Part shown: piece after piece, positions 12,148 through 22,549 of the stretch
Layout: each line of letters opens with the position of its first letter
Numbering within the stretch: the stretch's first letter is position 1
NCBI GenBank assembly: GCA_000934665.2
Contig: KZ538806.1
Coordinates: 1-46,617 of the forward strand
Origin: Catajapyx aquilonaris
Lineage: Eukaryota
DNA: 46,617 bases
Direction: 5' to 3'
The notes under the pieces: model-generated
Told to the model about the DNA's origin: nothing
Databases searched by the model: none
Seen by the model: the letters and a program-made list of their open reading frames with translations, nothing else
Position numbers and translations under genes: made by a program

Positions 12148-14407
12148 ATGACGAGAAATGCATTCTGGGTCACGCTGTGCTTCGTCACGAATTGTGTCCA
12201 AACCCTCCTTGGACATAAGCCCAATATTGTCTTCATCGTTGCTGACGATCTAGGTAAGTCCATTCATTCTGGAGGATTTGACGCGCAATAAGTGTAATCA
12301 GTTACATTATTTTTTTATCACGACAAAGTTGCAAACTGTGCACTGAGTTCAGCGAAAGTACTTTTGACATCTGAAGTGACAGATAACCTGGGGTTAGCTG
12401 GAATATTGCAGAATATTGAGCAATATTCAATAGGCGCGCCCGGAATTGAAACCAAAACATTTCAAGGATCCGTAATTGTTCGGCACATAATATTATGTAC
12501 TAATGAACTATTATGGGGTGGTTACATAGGATATAATGATGTGTCGTGGCACAACCCGAATATCTACAGCCCCAATTTAGATCGTCTGGCCAAGGAAGGG
12601 GTGATCTTAGAGCAGAGCTATGTGCAGCCAATCTGCTCACCATCCAGAACAGCCTTCATGACCGGTTGCTATCCCTTTCGTGTCGGAAGACAGGTGAGTT
12701 TAGGTGGATCAATTTATTCTTGTCTGATCAAAATGCGACCTTCGTCCTGATGCCGGAATGAACGTGAAAATATTTTGGATAGCATGGGGTCATTGACCCG
12801 TTGGAGCCGGTAGGGGTCTTCCTCAACTTTACCTTTCTTCCGGAGCAGATGAAGAAGTTGGGGTATGCCACACATGCTGTTGGAAAGTAGGTGGCTGTAT
12901 GTGCGTCGTTTGGTCGGATCTGTCACCAATTTTTTTTTTTTTTGTCGTAGGTGGCACTTGGGATATTGCAACCAGAGTTATTTGCCGACCAGACGTGGGT
13001 TTGACTCCTTCTTCGGGTACTACTTGGGTGCGCAGGATTACTACAACCACAACAGGTCCAATACGCATCTGACTGTGGGGTACGACTTTCGTAACAACGA
13101 AGAGGTGTATTGGCCCGCACAGGGGGTGTACTCGACAGTAAGTGAACTCCAGGAGTCATTAGGAGCCATCAGTGTACTTTCGAAATTTTTCAGTACTTGA
13201 CGTCAAGTAGAGTTGAGTCGATTCTAAATCGGCATGACCCGAAGACACCGTTGTTCCTGTACGTAGCTTTCCAGAGTGTACACGCACCTTTGCAAGTACC
13301 TGCCAAATATTTGCGACGATATTCCAAAATTCACGATCAGTCTCGACGAACATTCTCGGGTATGGTTACAGCCATGGACGACGCTGTTGGGAGAATCGTG
13401 AGCTCTCTGAAAAACAATGGGCTCTACAACAACACCCTGATTGTCTTTATTAGCGACGTAAGTGGACCACTTTTACTTGCCGCAACACAGGGTAGACTAC
13501 TTCTCATTGATTCATATCCCGAAAATGTACAGCTAATATTACTGACCACGTATTTCAGAATGGAGGCCAAGTCAAGTACGGAGGTAACAATTATCCTTTA
13601 CGAGGTAACAAAAACACGTTATGGGAAGGAGGTACTAGAAGCGCATCGTTCGTACATGGTCCTATGCTACAGAAGACAGGATACGTTAATCGAAAGTACG
13701 TATATTTGCGAATCATATATATACATGCACACATGGCAGGATGAGTGCGAGGTGACACTTCCAGCCTTATTCATGCGGTAGACTGGTACCCAACGATGGT
13801 GTCACTTGGTGGCGGTAACGTGTCACTCCCATATGACCTGGATGGGGTCAACCAGTGGATGACACTGAGTCAGAATATCCCGTCATCTCGACGTGAAATA
13901 GTGTACAACATAGATAACCATCAAGCTCTGAATGCAGCCATTCGGTAAGAACACAGCTTTTACAGGTGTACTCATAACCACAAGCATTGTATTTCAGTGT
14001 AGATAACTACAAACTGATATGGGGGAATCCGGGCATCCCTGACGGTTGGATACCACCACCTGAAATGAATGGAAATGATAGCAGAAACCTGAATGATGGT
14101 ACTTCACGACGACGTCGGCATATCAAAATGGTCACGACGTCCCCTGAAGTACACCTGTTCGACGTCGAAAGTATATGTTGCACTTGTTTTTTGTTACATT
14201 GACTTCATTATACTGTGCTTTACAGATGACCCCGAAGAGAGAATAGACTTGAGTACAGAGCACCCACAAAAGGTTACGACCTTATGGAGGCGTATTCGGC
14301 AACACCTGACCAGAGCCATACCACCAAACATAGCTCCGAAGACCAACCAGGGTGACCCGGGTTTGTACGGAGGTGTCTACACTCCAGGATGGTGTCAAGC
14401 ACACTAG
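12148..14407 (+). CDS. ARSB: Arylsulfatase B-like sulfatase (ARSB/I/J family), ~498 aa, 9 exons
   Basis: Exons 12148-12253, 12530-12693, 12783-12886, 12951-13137, 13194-13457, 13559-13695, 13765-13944, 13998-14170, 14226-14407. Signal peptide, PNIVFIVADDLG, formylglycine motif CSPSR, GKWHLG, RRGFDSFFGY, SDNGG, NYPLRGNKNTLWEGG, DPEE. Exact paralogue within the ARSB/I/J group is not resolved. Confidence 0.92.
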
Positions 14408-14677
14408 TGTTTCCTAAGCTGACTTTATTGTATACTTGATTGTTCATTAAATGGTGGGACTGGCATTACAAAAATAATGGCATGTTAAAGTGGGTTAAAT
14501 GGAACACAATAAAGGGGTGAGTGATAACGATGATGAACATGTCAACAGTCGAGGGAGTGCAAATTGAAGTGGGTAAAAAAAGGGTGTGTCTTGTACCGCC
14601 CACAATTGACACTGCCGAGGGCGCGACAAGTATTGTCTTTGCAGTCCATTGTGCTGGCCACGTGTCATGTAAATTAA

Positions 14678-17631
14678 TTACACGTCATCAAACTCGGATC
14701 GGACGTAATGGAGTGGATGAGGCAACGGCCGTTGTGACGGCGTTTCGTCGTCTCCCAAGTCCACGTTTGACCTCCTTACCGTCGTCTTCGTTTCCAGCTG
14801 CGGTGCAGATGGCTCGAAGCAGCACTTCGGGGAACAGTACAATGCTTGTGCCGCGCACCTGCACTCCATACACACGTCCGTTGCCACACCTAAAATACGT
14901 ACAGAATGAAGGTCAACGAGTAACAACGTAATGCTTCAAACTCACCTACGACGTCCCCCAACTTGTACCGTACACCTAGGATTTCACATCCTTTGTCGAC
15001 CGGCTGCTGTGTGCTGAACGTATTCGTCTTAGTGTCGTTAATGGCGCGTCGACGTCGGTACAGGTTCTGGTTGACCAAATGGAACGGGAATGGCTCCTCA
15101 ATTGGTAAAATATTGTTAACATCTCGTCGGGGCCGAATCCGACGTTGCAGACGTCGACCGAACCCAAAAAGACGCTCGTCTTCGGCAAAATCTCTCTCGA
15201 ACCGACGATCATCGAAGGTGTCAAACAGGCTCAGGTCGTACGTCGGTTGACGCCTCCGGCTCTGACGTGCTCGTTCAGGTATGGCTGAAACAGTGTTTTC
15301 AAACAGGTCCATCACATAACAAGCAGGAAGAAAAGGTCACTTACGACACAGGTACAAGGAAGGGTTGCAAATCCCCGGGTATGCCAATGATGTACACCCT
15401 TCTGGTGGAGGACCGCATCGCTTCCAGTAACAATCCACTCTTCCTGCTATACACAAGCAATAATGACATGGATGATCCCTTGGTATCGATGCATCATTCG
15501 GGTATGTCACTCCGTCGATTTCGCAAGATCCGTCTCCTCCTGAACGAAAAAAATAAATACAATAAATGTCTCGCATTTTTGCAACAATCAAGTTCCCGTG
15601 ACATCACGGTTATTGAGACATTTTATAAGTGACAAGCAGTAAAAACTGTGTTCATCCGTGGGAACTAAGATGGGCAACCGGTAGCCACGCAACTTCGGAC
15701 CTTGTTTCCGTTCGCTGGCATAAAGAAAATGAGAAACTGGGCCATCATTGGTTGCTAGGGAAAAAGACTGATTTCATTCGGCCAGACGGTGAGAATTTGG
15801 GTGAGATGATGGGAATATGCATATGTTTAAGGCATCATGCTTAAGTTGCATTGTTGCTACTTTCGGCCGGTATTTCACTGCAAAATATAAGCACTAATAT
15901 CATGATCGAAATGTCAACGACCCACATGTGAAATTGACCATGAACTTGCATACCAGTACAAAAAGAAGTCTTTCAAGCATGAAATAATATCGACAAGACC
16001 ACCAAGAGAACGACTTTAAAAAATGTGCCCAATCACTCTTCAAACAAGGGTGACCTTACAGTTTTTGCTGACTTCGTCTCAAACGTTATGACAATGCAGG
16101 AGACCTTTTTTTTCTCGAAAAAATAATGGGAGATGATGTCCTTAAGCGATAAGATTCCTAGGATTTTTGGAGGCTCTTGGGCAAGTAGCGTGGATGAGAC
16201 ATAGGTGAGTTGTGACATGTGTTTAGTAGGTGGAGGCGATGAGACCTTGACATCACACACACACACACACACACGAGGAGGGTGGGATGTTATGGTCCAC
16301 ATGCCATTGTCTGCTAAACAAACCTTTACATTAACCGGTCGTTCACATATGAGGACTGATTACGGTCATATTTCATGGACCTTTACGGATACAGTTTGTT
16401 GACATGATTAGAAGCATTCAAGTACCGAAAATGGCTATGGGAAGTACGTAAACTGTGTCACGCTTCAGTATGTAAATAATTAACTGTATGACTGTCGAAA
16501 CTTCTGCGAGCATTTGGAATTATCGTGCATTACTTCAAAACAGTGACACGAGGAAGTGACCTTCGTTTTCCGCGATGTGTACAAAGTGTGTCCGACGTGC
16601 TTTTGCTATTAAGGCTGCTCATCTTTATTTCCAGGTGGCGTCCACTCCCTTATTTCGCATGCAAATAAATACCTTATGTAACCAACTTTCACCGACACTT
16701 CAATATATACAGTAAGGACATCAGTTATTTTTAAAAATCGAAGCCGCCAGCAAAACACGTTTTGGAATTTATACCCTTCAAAATATTTTTTTTACCCGAC
16801 CTATGTTATTAATTTACTCGATTTGTCACGGGTATTTGTGGCACGTAATATTTTATGTGGCTACCTCAATTTAATATTTTATATAGTTGGTTAGTTTCTA
16901 CACGTAACTCTTGGCATTTTGAACGTCGTTTCCGCATCTCAGCCGAATTCTTAAGCACACTGCATTTCTTTATGCAACATAACAATTTTTTTTTGTTATT
17001 GTGACGTCAATAATCTACGTCTTATCTGTTACACCCATAGGAAGCTTAATTTGTGCCCACAATTAAAAGAAGGTACGCAAGGAAGAGCCGCACAACCATA
17101 TCCTCCTAAAGTTCAAGGCAACGTAGAATATTTTATCAAGACAACGGTGGACTTACCATCAGCTGATTCCCTAATTAAGCTGAGACTTTCGTCGTTAGTC
17201 GTGGCTGCCGAAAGAAAAAAAAAATCAGAACATAAGTTGGTCCCCTTTATTAAATGACTTCTCTACTGTTCCTGAATGGTCATGCTTGAGTGAGTGTAAT
17301 GAACGAATGAAAAACAATACTGGGAACTGGGATTGTGTGCACACACTTTCCATTTCAATTTCTGCTCAAATGATTCGGAGTCTTTTAGGCACACAATACA
17401 TTGAGGTACGCCACTAATTTGGTGACCACCTTGATTGATGATCTACCCATCACTGTATATGCCAATGAAGATTGGATTTTTCACTGTGTGGCTACATTAC
17501 GAATGATAAGTAATATTACTATAATCATGAAATTTATATAAAAAACTAATATAACTAACACTGCACAACCTACCTCCATACACAAGCGTCAACTTGAGTG
17601 CCAAAAGCAGTTGAAACACTCTGGTCCTCAT
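14678..17631 (-). CDS. Secreted cysteine-rich protein with two VWC-like domains separated by an Arg-rich linker, ~283 aa
   Basis: Exons 17631-17574 (signal peptide MRTRVFQLLLALKLTLVYG), 17204-17157, 15539-15345 (SCEIDGVTY...PCHYCLCIAGRVDCYWKRC...C...C...C), 15284-14946, 14889-14678 (second module GCEILGVRYKLGDVVGVATDVCMECRCAAQALYCSPKCC spans the last two). All introns are phase 1 and the total is 852 nt, in frame. Confidence 0.8.
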
Positions 17632-18639
17632 GACTCCAGAAAAAAAAGCACTATACAAAAAAAACACACCTCACATTTTCCTTTCAGGCCCAAAAAATTC
17701 CGATCCTCTTTTTTTTTCTCTTTTTGGGTGGAGGTTACCCTCCTGATTTAGGGTTTGCGGGTGGGTAAAAAGATGTAAATTGTTTTTCGGTGTTGTGTGC
17801 TGGTGAAGTCCCTGGCCTTCGTTGGTTGGACGGTTCGTAGCTAAATGCCTGAGGCTTCGGAGTCAGCGCAGGAAAAGTGTGTCTGAGACCCTTTTTAGGG
17901 CCCGCCTCCTTTTTTCTCCTAGGTGCTCTTCCTGGGGACCCTTAACAAGCGCCAAGACTTTTTCTCCCCCTCCCCCCCCCCTTTTTTTTTCCCTGGGCGG
18001 GGTGTTGAGGATTTTTATTTCGAGTCTTATAGAAGAATGAGAAAGAAAAAAGAAAGAGAAAAAAAAATTCCAAGGTTAAAGGTACAGTACTTTTTAGAAT
18101 AAGGTCATAAGGAGTGGAGTTGGCGTTACATGACTATTGTTTTGGGATTTGGGTGTAAAAATGAACGGGGTTAAAAAAAATTGAGATTTTTTTTTTGCGC
18201 ATTATTCACTGTGCATTTGAAATGACATTGGCGTGACATTTACCGTGGTTGCATTCTGTGCATTGTGCGAATTTTGTAAATGTCAAGTACATTGCTGATG
18301 ATTTAAACCACACTATAGGTGCTGACCTTCGCTATAATTCTGCAGATGTCTTCGAAAGTTTATGGTTTCAGTAGCCAAATTGTGCGACAGTTAATAACGG
18401 TGGCTGTACTTACACTTTCAGGTTTACGACATTTTTTTTTTTCATGGTGAGTTTTTGCTAAAACTCTTCTGTCAGGCTGAAACAAAAATTGTTGTACTAG
18501 ATGACTTCTTAGTACATACGTTGTGTTATTCTGATTGTTTGGAATATCAGACAAGTACATACTGTACCAATCTACCAGCCTAAAATAGTGCGTCCCTGCT
18601 AGATCTGAAATAGAACACTAATTCCGCGTTTCAGACTAC

Positions 18640-18760
18640 CCGAGTTCAAATATTGGCGCGTATGATTCTAGTCAGTTCAGACGCTGCCTGTAGTAAGATG
18701 GCTTCCATTTTCACCCAGTGGAAACCTGCGCACGCTTGTGCTCACGTGATTGCTAATCCA
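18640..18760 (+). promoter_or_regulatory. CpG-rich putative promoter/first-exon region
   Basis: ATTGG, YY1-like AAGATGGC, TGCGCACGC and E-box CACGTG cluster at the start of the candidate gene. Motif matches only. Confidence 0.3.
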
Positions 18761-21700
18761 CTGCCTGCTACTACCCGTTCGAGAGATACCAGTATTTTTG
18801 GCTTTTCGTACGTCTGCAGGTCATTCGACAGGAGCGTGTGTGGGTGTCGTCGGGTGGAACGAGGGTTTGTATGATCTGAAGGCAAGTATGAAGCACGTTC
18901 TTCCTGTATTTGGGGGTGTAATAGTGCAGGTTGGGATGGCGACGCACGACCGGTATGTTGCCTACTTGTCGGTTCATTGCCCCGATGTTGTCTGCAAGGT
19001 CGCACTTGTAAGGGGATTTTGGCCGTCATGGAAGTTTCGTGACTATTGGAGGTTATCATGTTGATGGTTACAGGTTAAGGAATGCTGAATGAGATGGCCA
19101 TTAACCGTGGTGCAATATGTTGAGTACCCGTATGGCGTGGTGTCTGCATATTAATAAAATAGTGTAAAGGCCCATTCACACAGGACGTCGACGGTTTTGG
19201 TTTTTGGTCTCGTCGACGCCGCGGACCAATCAGAACGGGCCCTCACGTAAACAACGCGTCATGGTTACCGTGAGGGCCCGCTCTGATTGGTCCTAAACCA
19301 AAACCGTCGACGGCCTGTGTGAATGGGCCTTAATACATGGAAATCATGAAGAACACATTGTTGACACTTAATTTTAAGTAGTAGGTGTTTTATTTTACAT
19401 GAAAGGGTCAGCTGTGCTAGGTGGCCCAAGATAAGTTTGCAAAACTTCCCCCCTACCTGTCACATCACTGCCTCTTCCACATCTTTTTATCCTGTGCTGC
19501 ATATGTTTCCAAAATCAAATGGGTAACTTTAGTTTGTTGAGCGAAAGAATGTCATAACATTACTCTCTAACAATGAATGACTCGCAGGTTGCCTGGTGAC
19601 TCATTGTTAGATTAATGCCATGGCATTTTTTTGCTCAACAAACTATACTTGTCGGAACATATTATAATTTTCCGAAGAGTTCTGCTATAATATACAGGGT
19701 GTAAATGAATTCAGGGGACAAACTTGTAGCGGTAATAGAGGGGAGCAAGACAAACATATTTGACATAGGAACCCGTATCTGGAAACGCCATCTAGAGGGG
19801 GTTCATAGACAAGGAACATGTGTGCTCAGACACGTCAGGCGGGCGGCGTTAGCGAGCGGACCGTTTAGTTGCTAGGTGGCGCGCGGATTGTACACAACTT
19901 CGCAATTCGCAATAACCTGGCAACAACAGAGTTGTTGTTTATTATCTGTGCGCTACCTAGCATGCTGACTTTAGTTGTTAGGTGGCTCTGTTGTTGCCAG
20001 GTTGTGGCAAATTGCGAAGTTGTGTACAATCCGCGCCACTAACGCGCAACTAAATGGTCCGCTCGCTAACGCTGCCCACCTGACGCGTCTGAGCGCACCC
20101 GTTCCTTGTCTATGAACCCCCTTTAGTTGGTGTTCCCGGACACGGGTTCCTATGTCAAAAATACTTGTATTGGTCCCCTCTGTTACCCCTACAAGTTTGT
20201 CCCTGAATTCATTGACACCCTGTATAATACCTAGAGAGAGCACTCGGGGTGAAATGTCAGGCAGGCAACAATATGACCCAAGTAAAGATGGCGGACACTT
20301 GACATTATTGGACTAATTGTTGTCCCAGTTGCTAGACAACTGTCCGAACAAGAATATGACCCAGATGCCTCAGCCTGGCTAATGGAAAAGGATAGGGAGT
20401 ACAGTGCTGGCCATATATCGAGGCAACCGCCAGCGACATTTTTCCGAAGCGGCAGAAGAAGGAATCGAAGATAAGCATGCTACAAGCTGGGCGAGCAAGA
20501 TTCCTTCTTCTGTCGCTTCGGAAAAATGTCAGCACTGTACTTCCTCTAAGTATTATACAGGGTGGTCGGTAAATGGCGGACAAGCTTCAGGTAGCGAGAT
20601 TCCTGGTGAAAAATCAGTGTATGGAAGTGAAGGTCATATTGCTCTACGAGGCCTGGTTAGGGCTCACGAGGCCTCCAAAGTTTGGGCCAAATCATGACGT
20701 CACATCCGCCCGCGAAATTCAAACACTACCGTATCGCTACCGTACGCGGCGTGTTGCTAGGCGTTGCCATGTTGACATCCCCCACATGTTCACCAAACAA
20801 TGGAACCGTATAAACTGGCTGGGACGTTGGCCAGGCATTGCCATACCGTCGTCGCCGAGTTCCTGGCAACGTCCCAGCCAGTTTATACGGTTCCATTGTT
20901 TGGTGAACATGTGGGGGATGTCAACAAGGCAACGCCTAGCAACACGCCGCGTACGGTAGCGATACGGTAGTGTTTGAATTTCGCGGGCGGATGTGACGTC
21001 ATGATTTGGCCCAAACTTTGGAGGCCTCGTGAGCCCTAACCAGGCCTCGTAGAGCAATATGACCTTCACTTCCATAAACTGATTTTTCACCAGGAATCTC
21101 GCTACCTGAAGCTTGTCCGCCATTTACCGACCACCCTGTATACAGGGTGTTTCCTGTAACTGTGTAAAGACTTTCAGGGGTAAATAGAGGGGACCAAGAC
21201 AAGTATTTTTGACATAGGAACCCATGTCAGGAAACGCCATCTAGAGGGGGTTCATAGACAAGGAACGGGTTTGCTCAGATGCTTCACGCAGGAAGCGCTA
21301 GGCGAGCGGACTGTTTTGTTGATAGATGGCGCGCAGTTGTTGCCAGGTTATGGCGTTTTGCGTTGTAAGTAAGCAACAACCCGATACGCCATAACCTGGC
21401 ACCAACAGAACCGCTGTTGACTATCTGCGCGTCTCCTAGGAGGTGGACTTTAGTTCCTAGATGACTCTGTTGTTGCCACGTTATGGCACATCGCATCGTT
21501 GGTTACTATCCAAGCGCCATCTATCAACATAACAGTCCGCTCGCCTAGCGCTTCTCGCATGACGGGTCTGAGCGCATCCATTCCTTTTCTATGAACCCCC
21601 TCTAGATGGCGTTTCCGGACACGGGTTCCTATGTCAAAAATACTTGTCTTGGTCCCCTCTATTACCCCTGAAAGTCTTTACAGAGATACAGGAAACACCC

Positions 21701-21824
21701 TGTATATTATAGCAGAACTCTTTGTGATTTTCAGGTATTGGGTGAATTTAAGAAGACAGGTCAAATTTCTCCCAAACCATTTGCGTATTGCACATTTGCC
21801 TAATTTTACCAGGTGGAACAGTAA
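18698..21824 (+). CDS. Candidate unrecognised small-exon gene (C-terminal exons better supported, N-terminus uncertain)
   Basis: Exons ?18698-18864, 18930-18952, 19013-19073, 19421-19522, 20235-20281, 20329-20398, 21735-21759, 21813-21824 splice into one frame ending ...GDFGRHGSFVTIGGYHVDGYRWPKISLQNFPPTCHITASSTSFYPVLHMFPKSNGESTRGEMSGRQQYDPIARQLSEQEYDPDASAWLMEKDREYWVNLRRQVEQ*. Most introns are 47-66 nt after MITE removal. AATAAA at 22339. Confidence 0.5.
19168..19330. mobile_element. PIF/Harbinger-like MITE
   Basis: TIR AGGCCCATTCACACAGG / CCTGTGTGAATGGGCCT, TAA TSD on both sides, palindromic interior. Confidence 0.85.
19530..19645. mobile_element. Short hairpin MITE
   Basis: TAGTTTGTTGAGC...AATGTCATAACATT / AATGCCATGGCATT...GCTCAACAAACTA inverted ends. 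Confidence 0.65.
19695..20222. mobile_element. Tc1/mariner-type palindromic MITE (CAGGGTG termini)
   Basis: TA-CAGGGTGTAAATGAATTCAGGG...CCCTGAATTCATTGACACCCTG-TA with long inverted arms. A half-copy lies at 34467-34723. Confidence 0.88.
20402..20537. mobile_element. TA-flanked MITE (CAGTGCTG termini)
   Basis: TA-CAGTGCTG...CAGCACTG-TA with internal hairpin CATTTTTCCGAAGCGGCAGAAGAAGGAATC / GATTCCTTCTTCTGTCGCTTCGGAAAAATG. Confidence 0.8.
20558..21138. mobile_element. Near-perfect 581-bp palindromic Tc1/mariner-type MITE
   Basis: TA-CAGGGTGGTCGGTAAATGGCGGAC ... GTCCGCCATTTACCGACCACCCTG-TA. Arms of ~275 bp with very few mismatches give mirror ORFs on both strands. Confidence 0.92.
21143..21702. 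mobile_element. Tc1/mariner-type palindromic MITE related to 19695-20222
   Basis: TA-CAGGGTGTTTCCTGTA ... TACAGGAAACACCCTG-TA. Interior shares ATAGAGGGGACCAAGACAA...GACATAGGAACCC...CCATCTAGAGGGGGTTCATAG. Confidence 0.88.
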
Positions 21825-21828
21825 ACTA

Positions 21829-22297
21829 CAGTTGACTCCGGATATAACAGTCTCACTTATAACAGACTTGAAAGGCTGGTCCCGCCAAACTTTCGTAACT
21901 GATTCATTTTCACCTCACCTTGGCTATAACAGACCATTTTTGGGCCCTCATTGTGAAAATATGCTGTTTTTGAATATTCAACTTTCTTTCCCATGTACAG
22001 GGAAGCAGAGAATACTGAAGAAGGGGTAATTTTTGCATCTGTCACTGATCTAAGTTACTCAAAATCATACTTTTTCAGGTATATTTGGCAACAAGTAGAC
22101 AGAAGAAGAAAGTTATGGATTTTTTTGGTCCTACCTAATTTTGCATTTTTGTGGATAGTTTCATTAATAAATGTAGTAGTGTGCATTATAGGCATAGGGA
22201 AAGCAGAAAACTTGTGTATTCGTTGCGGAAGTGGCAATTTGGCTATGACATACTTTTTCCCGTGGTTCCTTGAGTCTGTTATATCCAGAGTCAACTG
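21829..22297. mobile_element. Tigger/pogo-like MITE
   Basis: TA-CAGTTGACTCCGGATATAACAG ... CTGTTATATCCAGAGTCAACTG-TA. Confidence 0.85.
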
Positions 22298-22549
22298 TAT
22301 CTAAAAGAGGTGATGATTGTGCAGAAATGTTTCATAGCAATAAATTCTCACCAATCGTATCTAGAAATTCAATATACTTAATATTGCAGTTCATAATTAC
22401 AGAAAATGCACTTGTGTATGGAGTGGCTCATTGAAGTGCTTCCAGAAAGGAGACTTTCGGAGCTGTAATTTTGGAATTGCTTGAGTAAGACCTATGGTAC
22501 AGTACCCTGCATTAATGGCTATGCACAGACATCGCCACCTGGCGGAAAT

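Noticed and set aside
20573..21123. Two near-identical 128-aa ORFs on opposite strands
   Set aside because: Artefact of the palindromic MITE, with no recognisable domain.
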